From Monocercomonoides exilis PA203 (taxonomy: Eukaryota > Protista > Preaxostyla), in assembly GCA_001643675.2 (NCBI GenBank), contig LSRY02000020.1:620001-684000 (forward strand): DNA of 64,000 nt, read 5' to 3'. The notes under the pieces are model-generated. The model worked only from the letters and a program-made list of their open reading frames with translations, did not search any database and was not told where the DNA came from. Shown here one piece after another: positions 25,373-36,940 of the stretch; the stretch's first letter is position 1; each line of letters starts with the position of its first letter. Position numbers and translations under genes: made by a program.

Positions 25373-27760
25373 ATGGCTGTTGCATTCAATGCTGTGAAAG
25401 CAACCGGAGTCCCGATTACTGGAGTTGAAGTTGAAAATGTCGTAAGTATGCATTGACATTTAAAAAGTTAATTTTATTGGCTATTTGTGTTTCAGGTGCA
25501 ACCAAGGAATCACTCGAATCTTCAGATAAAATATGTCATGCATTGGTTTCTAGATTCGGCTGCACGTCATTAGAATCACGTTTAAAAGCGTCTATTGTAT
25601 TGGTTGCTTGCATGGAAAGGGGGCATCCATCTTTCAGGGAACAAGTTCGATCTCAAAGTGAACTACTTCACAAATTTGCTTGTTTGCTATTTATAGATTT
25701 TTTAAATAACATTCGATCTATTATTTATTTATTTATTATTTTAATAAAGCACAACCACCTCCAATTCGATCTGATTCGGATAAAGCAAACTTTGCTCAAT
25801 ATCAAGAACAATCAAAAGTGTGCAATTCAAAACATCAACTATCTATAATCTTTGAAATTTAAAATGATTATATTTAAAGATGGTTTTAAATCAAATGTAT
25901 GAAAAAGGAAAAAAACAGGTGAGTGTTTATGATGACATGTCAGGAGACAGCTTTCTTCGAGATATGGAGTCAAAAGCTCAAGGAATTGGGCCATTGAGAA
26001 CATTAGAAGGGGTTGGATCTGCTGCTCTCGAACGTTTGTTTTTGACACTTTAAAAATATTTTCTTGATTATTCTCATTTTATAAATATGCATTTATATTT
26101 AACCAAATTCACATTATTAGCAATCGACGGTGAAAAAAAAGGAATCGTTGGAGCAGTGATGGGAACGGTTAGATCTGCAATTGATGCTATGACCGGAGGA
26201 TCTTCTTCTTCTTCAGCAAAGTTTGGAATAAATGAGAGAGTTGACTCATCTTTCAAGATTACTGGAGATCCAAAAGCAGCTGCCGAGCAGATGCCAGATT
26301 TCAGAGCACAAAGAGCAGCAAAGGAAATGGAAACCAAAACGCTTGCACCTCGCAAGTTCGGTGGGTTTGACAGTGAAGAGACAGCGAATGAGACGATCAC
26401 CCTGTCACAAGGAGCGCAGCAATCCACATCTCGCACAGCTGCATCCATCCGCGAGGGGCTGTCAGCGTCGATGGGCTCTGACGCCTCCAGCAGCATGGGC
26501 TCCTATTCTTCAGGCCCTGCAACGTCAACATACGTCCCCACCTCATCGACTGCCTCCTCGTTGGCAGCGGGCTCTGGACCTCTTCCGGATGTGCGGTCAA
26601 CCACAGGTGACATGGAAGTGAAGCTGGTGGATGAGGCGTGTGTGGCTGCGGGTGTTGGCTCAGCTCCACCAAAACAGGTGATGAACCACTTTATTGAGAC
26701 AGCAAAGCGGTCAGATTTGACGTTTGTGACTGCCTGCTTGGCTGACAAGTGTGTCGATGAGAATGCGATTGTCAGAGGCAAAGCATTCTTCTGCCTTGCT
26801 GCATTGACTGATCCATCGTTTGTTGCGCTCAGGCCAACCATCATGCGTCTTGTGATTGCGCAGAAGGACGCTGTGATTGAAGGCGCCAAGCAGCTCACAA
26901 ACGCAGCAGCCAAACAGAAAGCAGCGCTGGTGCTGGAGCGGATCGGAATCACGGGAGTGGTCACTGTCTCTCCCAGCCCATCTCCTTCGCCTGTTCGCCG
27001 TGTGCAATCATCGTCTGTCCGAAGAGTCGCACCGGCATCTTCGTCTGCAGCTAACACTGCAGCTCAAAGTAACAGCAGCAGCGCTGGTGGCGACGATCTG
27101 CTTATCTCATTGGATTGGGCATCGCAAGGGTCAACAAATGCACCTAGCACTTCAACTGCAGCCCCAACCACCTCAAACACATCTTCATCTTCTGCAGCAA
27201 ATGACATTACTTTGATGTTTGGTGGCTCGTCATCAACGTCTGCTGCCCCCGCTGCATCGAATGACGATCCATTTGGACTGAACTCGGGCTCTTTTTCAAC
27301 ACCTGCATCGACAGCCGGTCCAGCTTCAACAGCATCAGCTGCACCACAAACAAGCTCTATTCTTGCTGAGCTGACAGCACTTACAACACAGCCACCGACT
27401 GTGCAGACACAGCCGTACATGAACCAGATGTATCCTTCACAGCAGCAACAACAACAACAGCAGACACAAATTCCTCAGCAGATGGGATATGGCTATCCTT
27501 ATCCTGCGATGGCTCCTGTGGGAATGGCTCAACAAGCTCCAATGAACATGTCAGTGCCAATGCAGCAGCCTTACACACATCCTACCCAAATCTCACCATA
27601 TGTCTCTAACCCGTCTCCGTTCGTGAAGGAGCAGGCTCATCTCGTCAATCCAAAGAAAGGGTCGTCGTCACAAGGAGGGAGTGACAGCGCCTTTGACTTT
27701 CTTAATTCAAAATCCGACGATGCATTCGATTTCGTCGGAGATTTGATGAAAAGTAATTAA
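25373..27760 (+). CDS. TEPSIN: Tepsin (AP-4 accessory ENTH/VHS-like protein), 5 exons
   Basis: N-terminal ENTH-like exon (RLKASIVLVACMERGHPSFREQVRSQSELL). Second VHS-like domain EVKLVDEACVAAGVGSAPPKQVMNHF. C-terminal SAFDFLN resembles the tepsin S[AV]F[SA]FLN AP-4 epsilon-ear motif. Start codon uncertain. Confidence 0.8.
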
Positions 27761-27955
27761 TTAATTGTTTTGATTGGTTTGGTATATTCTTGATTTTATT
27801 TTATACTACTTACATATGTTGAGTTCCTCAACCTTCTTTCACCTTCTCACACGTTAATAGCTATTTACTGTTGTTGATGTTCTGATCTATTTCTATCTTT
27901 TCATCTCATTAAAAAAACTTTTATATCGAGATCGATCAAAACACTCATTTGTAAA

Positions 27956-28525
27956 ATGGAAAAACTGATTAATTATTGGAAATCAACTGTTTCTAATTCT
28001 GTTCAAACTTTTTCTGCATTAGAAACTATTAGTTCCAGAATTCCTATTATAACTACTGAAAATTGTGGAGTTTTGGTAAAAATTGAAAATTTTGCAGAAA
28101 AACTTGTTTGTCGTCATATTGAGTCATGTGAATTACTTATAAAAGAATTATTTGATGATAAGTTTGAATTAATTTGAATCAATTATTCAAATTATAATTT
28201 TTTTTAAGTTCAAAGTTAAGGAACATTCTAAGGCTTATGAGCGAACATATCGAATCAGAAATATCTTCGCTCAAGTTAAAGGCTAAAGCGGAACCAGTTT
28301 GTATCATTTCCTAGCATTAATATCTTTGTTGACAAACTGAAATTATATTATTATTCAAAGGATGCGTGGGTAAAAATAAAAGTAAAATCTGAAATTATTT
28401 CAAAATATACTGACAAATATCTTGAGGCTTCTGAAATACTCAATCGCATCACGTATGATGATCCGACTCTGATGCAGCAGCTTTTAAAACAGTTTTCAAA
28501 TCTTGCTCAGATAGATGAAACTTGA
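27956..28525 (+). CDS. Small helical protein, possibly C1orf109/AIRIM family, 3 exons
   Basis: Exons of about 27956-28161, 28209-28296 and 28361-28525 join in frame through GTTTG..AAG introns. The pattern W..T......SALETISSRI....NCGVL.....EKL..RHIES.E.L recalls C1orf109-family proteins (recalled similarity, weak). Confidence 0.55.
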
Positions 28526-28943
28526 AGTGATTTAAATTGCACAATTTTATAATTCTAAATTGAATTAAATCATTACCAAAAGAGAAAAAACAAAACTGAA
28601 TGGAACACTGTTTCCGTGTTTTGTTTTTTTAAGAATATTGTGTATTTCAATATTTTTGCATATTTTGAATCTGTTTCAAAAGATTGTTTTATTCTCTTTG
28701 CAAGTTTTGTGAGTTGTTATTCGTTATTGCATTTTTATTTTTTCTGTGATAATTCTGTTTTTGAAAATTGATCCTTTGGTGAAAAACGATATGAAATTTT
28801 TTAATTTCATTGTATTTCCAATAAATTTGAGTTATATAGCAAAATCAGAATAAAAATCATAAAATTAAATAGAAAATCTTTTGTACAAATTTTTATTGAA
28901 GACCCATTTTTGACTGTCAAAATTCACTTCCTCCATTCCACGA

Positions 28944-31900
28944 ATGATCACTTCGACCATTCCAAAATGGAAGACCATTCCAATCAAAAACGCTGTAAGC
29001 GCATTTAATACGCATACTGGAGTGGTTTATAAGGGGCAAATTCACCTTTATGGTGGATGTGGAAAGAATCCAAACAACATGCTTATTGTTCAGCCTGGTG
29101 TGTAAACATTTCTAATTTTCAACGTGCAATGTAACTTTTTTGTAACTCTTATGCATTTTCTAATTGCAAATTGTTTTTTTCTTGCGTTTAAAAATGCAAA
29201 CAATCTTATCATGTTCATTCATTTTTATTCCATCAGAAACTGGTGAATGCAAGGTTCTTCCCGCAAAGCCTTCAAAGCGTTACTATCATACTAGCACTAT
29301 TGTAGGAAATCATGTTTATGTGTTCGGAGGAAAAGATTTTTCTGTTCGTGTCAATGAGCTTTATGATTATAACTTGGACGATGGAACGTGTTCACAAATT
29401 CGAGCCTCTGGTTCTGTTCCAACTCCTCGTGGTTCTCATACAGCTGTTTATTACGATGATTCAATTTGGATTTTTGGTGGATACAACGTACCAAAAGATC
29501 TTTACAATGATGTGTATCAATACAAAATCAGTATGTTATTTTCATTGAATTGTTAGACTTCTTGTTTAATTCTTTGTTAAAAACATTAAAGCCGAACGGA
29601 GATGGATTCATCATGTTCCAAAAGGATCAAGCAGCGACGCAGATATTCCAAAGCCTGTTTACTTGCACTCTGCATGCGCAATTGGTCATTTCATGTATGT
29701 ATTTGGAGGCTCCATTTTATCTCAGCAAGAAGGAGTGGAAACCGCTGGAATCATTGGGCATCTGTACAAATTTGACATGATCAATCTGAAATGGACAAAG
29801 ATTAATCCAGAAGTTGGACAGCTTATTCCTTCGCGTCGTGTCGGTCACACTGTTTCTGTTTATGAAGGACGTATGTATCTTTTTGGCGGACAAGCAACTG
29901 GAAGACTAAACGACTTATGGGAATACAATCCACTCAACAATCAATGGCGACTGCTTTGCTGTGCTGGTACTCCACCAGTTCCTAGGTTTGTTCATTGATA
30001 TTTTTTTAGATTATTTTTCTTGTAATAATATTTTTTTTTTTCACTCATTTCTGCTATGTTTATTCTCTCTTGTTATGCAGATCTAACCTTGTTTCTGTTG
30101 TGATGGGAGACAAGCTTTACATCCACGGAGGTGTTGCCGAGAGGCAGATGCCTTCCGACATACACGTTATTCCCTTAAAGCCTTTCAGTCAGAGCATTCC
30201 ACAGTTCGTCGAAAGATGCCTCGGCACGTTGGGTGTCAACCTGACCATCGGAATGGGTGTGGATGAAGGTTGTGTTGGAGTCGATGAGGAGAACGCGCTG
30301 GAGCTGCTGCAGACAGAAAGGAAGAGGAGAAGAGAGGAGAAGCTGCGAAAGGGGGTGATGTGGGAAGCGTGGCTGGGGCGTGATTCGAGTGCAGGAGAGG
30401 ACGATGCGCAGCAGAACAGCAAAATACGCGAAGCGAACGAGAAAGTGGAGGCGCCGTGGATCATCTACTCAGGCCAGAAGATCAAGTGCGAGCGGCGTGT
30501 GGCTGAAGGAGACGAGATCTGGATTCTGAAGGAGAACGGCCTGAAGAGCGGGATGGGGTGGATCGACGAAGGCGGAGAAGATGCGGGGGAAGAGGAGGAT
30601 GAGGATGAAGAGGGAGACCCGCTGGACGAGTTGGCACAGGACGACGAATTGGATGAGCCAAACTCAGACTCAAACGACGAAGACGACAACGAATCGAGCA
30701 GCGATGGCGACGATGAAGCGAACGAGAAGAACGACAACTCGAATTCTTCAGATCCAGAGAAGGAGAACAAGAAGAGAGACGATGCGTCAGCAGCGGAAGG
30801 TGGAGCAGCAGTGAATGAAGTAGACGAGGAAGAAGCTGAAGATGCAATGGAAGAGCTGCTTGTTCTTCCTCCGAGTGATCCAACAGTCAGCGACCTCAAC
30901 AACTTCCTTGGCGATTGTGTCACACAATACAAGAAGATCCTCACAACACGAGAGAAGAAAGGGCCGAAGAAAGAAAGCACAGCAGCTGTTTCGCTGACAC
31001 CGCAGATGTGGCGCCTGCCTTCTTCCCATCTCTCCCTCCACCCGCGCCTCCCCTTCTCACAATCTCTGCCACCAGGTATTGCATCTGTGCAGACGTCGTT
31101 CCACTGCTGTTTCAACTCCCTTGTGCCAGACACGACCATCTCCAAAGACCGCTTCCTGGCGCAGCAGTCGTCGATGCTGGCGCCTTCCTCTGCTGAGTCC
31201 GAGCAGCACGCGCCGAAAAGAGAGGAGAATTTGCTCGAAATTGCACAGGCAGCGACAGACGAGGAGAGAGAAGCAGCGACGTCTGCGCCGTTCATCTCGT
31301 CCTTTGCGACGTCTCTGATGCGCACTGGCTCTGGAATCTCGATGCTGCCAGACACAATCACCCCTGTTTCTTTGGCCAACTCTCTTTCGCTGCTGCCTTC
31401 TGCAGAAGATGGCGATGGCATTGGTGGTGGAAGTGGCTCTAAAGCGCAGTCGACAAAAAAGGGCAAACTGTCTCTTTCTCTCAACAGAGCACCCCAGCGT
31501 GCCTCTGCCCGCCTGTCGATGTCTGTTTCCCCTTCTTTGTTGGCATCCACTCTCACAAAGAAGTCCCTCCCCTTGTCTGCCACCATGCCCCCACTCGCTC
31601 AGTCAATGAACATGTCTTCCACTTCCTCCACATTGAAGCGTCTCTCTCGTGCATCCACTCGTCTCTCGGGTGTTGTGCTCCCTGAAAGTGGCGAGTTTTC
31701 GTGCCCAACTCTGTTTCGCCACGGAGGGTTTGACCGCCCGCGCTTTTCAGCCTCGCTTTCTGGCTCGGGATTCACTTTTGCTATTCTCGCAGCAACGAAC
31801 GGGGCGACTGCAGCAGCGATGCTGCCATCGAAGCTGGCTGGGCCTGATTCGCATGCTGCTGTGAAAGCATTGCCAACAGCACCCACACTGGACATTGCAG

Positions 31901-34719
31901 AAGAGGAGAGATACGACCCCACACTCGACCCTGCTTTGTTTGAGGATGCTCGGATGGCTCCGAAGAAAGGAGGGGCAAAGAAGAAAGGGAAAGGCAGTGC
32001 GAATGGAAATGTGAATGTGGAGATGATTGTGGCGTCTGCTCCCACCATCCCTGTTGTCACGATGCTCGAACAGGCTCCTCAAAAGGGCATTGCAAAGCCC
32101 AATGCAACACGCAAAGATCGCACACTGTCAAATTCTTCTGCTTCCTCTGCCGCTGCGCAGCCATCACAAAATACAGCCATTCAGAAGCAGAAGAAAGATC
32201 CTCTTCATTCAGAACACGCCATCGACCGGCTGAGATCGCTGGCTTCGCGCATCCTCCATCCGCTTTCTGCACAGCTGGTTGCCTCGTTGACTGCGATGGC
32301 TCCGCCTCCTCCACCGCCTCCTCCTTCAGACGCGCTGGCAAAGCCTCCACCGCCCATCCCGCCCAGCGTCTCGTATGTCTCCTCGTTGCTGACAGAGCTG
32401 CTGCTCCCGGTTGTCACTCTTCCCACTGTTAAATCTTCATCTTCCTCTGCTTCTGCTTCATCAGCATCTTCTTCTTCTGATGAAACCCCAACATATCCTC
32501 TGATCCCGTCCCTCGCCCCTGCACATCGCCTCCGGCTGAAGGAGCGCTTAGTCACTGCTGAGCTTGCCAGCATGGGAGTGACCCCGTTCCACTTGAACAT
32601 GCTGTCGATGGTAGGCGACATCGAAACAAGCGACAGCATCATCAACTTCCAGAGCAAGCCAATTCTGGTGCATTCCTTCATCATCCGGGAGCGTCTGCCG
32701 CAGCTGGAGCAGTACATGAGTCCTCGTGAAGACTGGCACGAGGTGGAAAAATGCCGGCGGGAGTTCAAAATGATGGTGCTGCGGAACGTGCGCCCGAAGG
32801 CGAAGGAGCTGCGGATGCTGTTTGAGAACACGTTGCAGCTGGTGGTGAAGCGGCGGAAGAGCTGGAAGGACATGCAGAGGGGCTGCCCAGTGCTGAGTGT
32901 GTCGTCAGCAGTGTTCACAGAGATGCTCTGCTATGCATACAGCGACTATGTGCTGCCTCTGAGGATAGCGCCTGTGCCGAAGGAGGAAGGGCATCTGCTG
33001 GTGGTGATGAAGAACTACATGGACGGCGTGTGGCTGACTGGGTGTGGGATGAAGGAGAGTGTGTGGAGAGGAATAGAGACGAGGAAAGAGAGAAGGGAGG
33101 AGAGGAGGAGGAGAGCAAGGGAAAGGAAAATTAAGAGGATGAATGAGAAACTGATGGGAAAGGGGAAAAGAAAGGCGAAAAAGCAAAGTGCAAATGGAGC
33201 AGGAGCAGAAAACGGGAGTGGTTCAGAGAACAGCAGCTTGAGTGAATCTGAGTCGACTCCTTTGTCAGAGGTGGATGTTGAGCTTGGGATGGACTTTTCT
33301 CCAGTGTGGTATGGCGACGACAAGGCAGCGCAGAAGGCGATGAAGGAGAGGGAGAAGAGAGAGAGACGAGAGAGACGCAGACTGCGGAAGGAGGCGTGGC
33401 TCAAGCGGAAAGCAGAGCGAGAGGAGAGAAGAAGAGTGAAAAGAGAAGAGAGAGAGAAGAGGAAAGCTGAAAGGGAGGAGAAGAAGCGGCTGGCGATGGA
33501 GTCTGGCGGTGATGCAGAGAAGAAGCTAGGCGAAGGAGAACTGAACGAGTCAGTGATTATGCCATCAGCGCCAGTTGCACGCAAAAATATGGAGGAAATG
33601 AAGGAAAGCGACTTGCCAGATATAGACGATGGGCTGAAAGGGATGAAAGACGGAGAGCATGATCTATTGACAACCCCACCTCCGATGGACCCAACTATTG
33701 ATCCAAAGGACGAAAACTCACTCCCTACTGATCTGCCTGCGCCTTCCTCTCTTCCTCTTCTTTCTCAGCAGCCAGAGGACGAAGATATACCTGAGCGTGT
33801 GATGACAGCTGTTCCGCCTGCAGAGGACGAGGAAGAGTTTCCTGAGAGAGTGATGACAGCTGTCCCACCTGCAGAAGACGAAGATATGATCAGCCGGCCG
33901 ATGACAGCGGTGCCTCCAGCGATGGATGAAGAAGGGGAGGAGAGGCTGGGCTCGCCAGACCCGTTTGACGAGAGAGAAAGAGAAAGAGAGAGGAACCAGA
34001 TGCTGATGCAAGGCAGAGTCAGAGGAGATGACGATGAAGAGGACGAGTCTGACGAGATTGACGAGCAGTCGTCGGAGTTTGTGGAGACGCCGTCAGAAAG
34101 CGAGAGCGAGGAAGACAGCGCAGCAGAAGGAGGGAATGCGAAAAGGCACCTGGACGAAGAGGAAGTGGCTGTTTACCGGACAGCTATTGACGAGCTGCAG
34201 CGGGTGATGAGCCTGCTGGAAGAAGAGGAGTGCTGGGAGATGGAGATGGCGCTGACAGAGTTGGAGCACCGGAAGGAAGACGCCGCCGAGTCGCTTGCCA
34301 TCCAAAAGGCGAACGAGGCACAGGATGGCTCTATTTTGGCCTCATCGCTGCAGCCCCATGCTCTGCTGAGTGCACATCTGAATGCCAACCGCCCGTCTGT
34401 GCTGACTCCCTCGCTGCTGGTCAACTCAGCCACAAAGCTGGGCGAGCCTTTCCCGTTCAAGGCAGGTGCAATGTCTGGTGAGCCTGTGGCGATGCTGCAG
34501 CTGGCGCCGGAGGTGCTGGTGGAGCTGCATTCACTGGGAGAAAGATGGGGCATACCGAGGCTGAGGATGATGTGCTACAATGCGCTGCTCGAGATGATGA
34601 CTGTCAGCAACGTCGGAGAAATTATAGCTGCTACGAAACAGTTCGGACAAGTCAAACTGGAGAAAATGTTTACGGGTTGGGTGAATATGGCGACAAAAAT
34701 GGGTCTTATTGACCAGTAA
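28944..34719 (+). CDS. Kelch-repeat and BTB/BACK protein (LZTR1-like architecture) with large low-complexity insertions, 4 exons
   Basis: Six Kelch repeats (IHLYGG, RYYHTS..VYVFGG, RGSHTA..IWIFGG, HSAC..MYVFGG, RVGHTV..MYLFGG, LYIHGG). BTB elements SDSIINF..ILVHSFII, VFTEMLCYAYSD, LVELHSLGERWGIPRLRMMC, and BACK-like MTVSNV. Confidence 0.85.
33775..33925 (+). repeat. Coding tandem repeat, 3 units of about 48-51 bp
   Basis: Encodes EDEDIPERVMTAVPPA / EDEEEFPERVMTAVPPA / EDEDMISRPMTAVPPA. Confidence 0.9.
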
Positions 34720-35421
34720 TGTGATTTTATTTTAGCACATTCTTTGAAGGCTTATTCTCTTTTGAAGCATTACAATGTACTTTGTCATATTATTAGTAAA
34801 TTTTGTGTGGAAATGTTCTCTTTGAAGTGTTTATTTTATTCTCCAATCTTTTCATTTTTGTTTAATTTGTAGTCTTTAATTTGTACGATTTATTTTCATA
34901 TCACTTTTCTGTTTGTATTTCTTTTTCTCTTTTTTGTTTATTAACATCATCTCACCTTAAATGTTCATGGTATTTCCTTTTTTCATTTTTTTTTTTTTCA
35001 CCTTTCAAATTTTTTCATTTCCCTTTGAAAAAAAAAGACATAAGTTGGTGGGACTAGATCGGTTGATTGATCCGAAAAACGTTGGGAAAACGCAAAACAA
35101 GAAAGATTGAAGAAGAAAGAGGTAGCACAGTAGAAACAAAGAAAACAAACATATCACAAGAAAGAGAGAACAACAAACAAAATGCAAGACTTCAATAAAT
35201 AATGCTTTACTGATATTTGAGAATAAAAACAAATGAACGAAAAATGTGAAATTGCATTTATGCTTGCTTTTTCTCTTCTTCAAAGCGAAGATTGTTTCCT
35301 GAGATCAATATCTTTTTCTTTCTTTCAACTTTCTTCCTCATTATGTATTTTCACTTCATTTTTAGGATCTATCAGTCATCACAATTGCTCTTAATAAGAG
35401 CAAAACTTTTAGGTGTATGTT

Positions 35422-36940
35422 TTATTTTCCCTTTTTCCCCAAAGCTGGGAATGCGTTATCGGGCAGTTTTGTGGCTTTCGGCTGTGGCTTCTGAGCCGGT
35501 GCCTTTGCTGCTCCTTGTTTTGGAGCACTTTGAGCAGCACCTTGTGGTTTTGGTGCAGCTCCAGGTGCTGGTTTCTTGGTTTCTTCGGGTTTTGTCAGGG
35601 GCTTCACTGTTGTTCCTTGCCCTGGACGCCATGTCTGTGCAACGACTGGCTGGTCAACAGCTGGTGCAGCGGAGGCTGAGGCAGATGCTGGCTTTGCAGC
35701 TTGTGGTGCTTTGTCACCCATGCGGCGTCCTTTGGCTTCCTCTGGTTTTCTTCCTTTGCGGTTGTCGCTTTCCTTGCGTGGCTGCACACCTTGGAAGAAC
35801 CAGGCGGTTGAAAATTCTTCAACCTTAACAGCTGGCTCATTGGCCTTCTTCTTTTTCGGTTGTGGTTGTTGTTTTGGCTTAATAATTTCTGGAAGAAGGG
35901 TATTTTCTTCTTCTTCTTTCTTTTCTTCTTTTTTCTCCTCTTTCTTTCCTCCTTTCTTTGGCTCTTCCTTTTTGCCTGCTTTTTTATCTCCCTTCTTCTC
36001 TACCTTTTTGGGTTCCTCTTTTTTACCACCTTTCTTTGGTTCTTCCTTCTTTCCTCCTTTTTTGGGTTCTTCCTTTTTGCCAGCTTTTTTCTCTTCTTTC
36101 TTTTCTGTCTTTTTCTCTTCTTTCTTTTCGACTTTTTTCTCATCCTTCTTTTCGACTTTCTTTTCGACTTTCTTTTCGACTTTCTTTTCAGTCTTCTTTT
36201 GCTCTTTTGCGGGCTTTGGTTTTGGCTTTGGTGCGGATTTTCCTTCGCTGATTACTGTGTATTGAGATAAATCAATTGATTCATCTGTCTCAATATGTGC
36301 AGCTTTGCGTTCCTTAAACAATACTCTCTGAGCGGCCAGATTAGCTTCATATTCCTCAAGAGTTTTAGCATTTTCCAAGAATTTTCTTCTCTCTTCTTTC
36401 TTCTTTTCTTCTTCAAGAGCTTTTCTCTCTTCAGGTGTCAATTCAGGAACTTTTTCTTTCTTCTCGTCTTTTTTCTCTTCTGTCTTTGTTGTTCCTTCAA
36501 CTTCGGCTTTCTTTTCTTCTGTTTTTTCCTCTCCAGCGACTTCCTTCAACACTTCTTCCTTTGCTTCTTCAACTTCATGTTTATCGACAGTGCTTCCCCA
36601 ACCTCCATGGCCGCCTTTAGCAACTTCCTTTCTATTTACACACATAGCAAATAAAATAAATTTTATTAACATTTAAAAAACTCTCAAACCCTCTTCCAGT
36701 TCCTGAAATGCGATCATAAACTCTTTTCTCTGGCCTAGCTGCATCAACAACGGGTTGAAATCCATGTGCTTCTTTCTTCTCCGAAACAGCTCCTTTCTTT
36801 TCTGAAGCTTTTGCTCCCTTTGTTTGAGTTCGAGTTGCCTCCTGAAGTTTTTGTTGCTTTTGTGCCTTCTTTCCGAGCTTTTCGTTCCTTTTTTCTTCAG
36901 CCAACAGTAAATCAAATAAGTTGCCAGATTTAGATGCCAT
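35422..36940 (-). CDS. SERBP1: SERBP1/Stm1/HABP4-family ribosome- and mRNA-binding protein, 2 exons
   Basis: N-terminal NLFDLL, KRVYDRISGTGRG spliced to KEVAKGGHGGWGS, KTLEEY, and C-terminal FPALG. Confidence 0.85.
35925..36200 (-). repeat. Coding minisatellite (12-bp period, KKVE/KKEE/KKGG units)
   Basis: Repeated TTCTTTTCGACT on the + strand. Protein reads KKVEKKVEKKVEKKDEKK..KKEEPKKGG. Confidence 0.85.
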
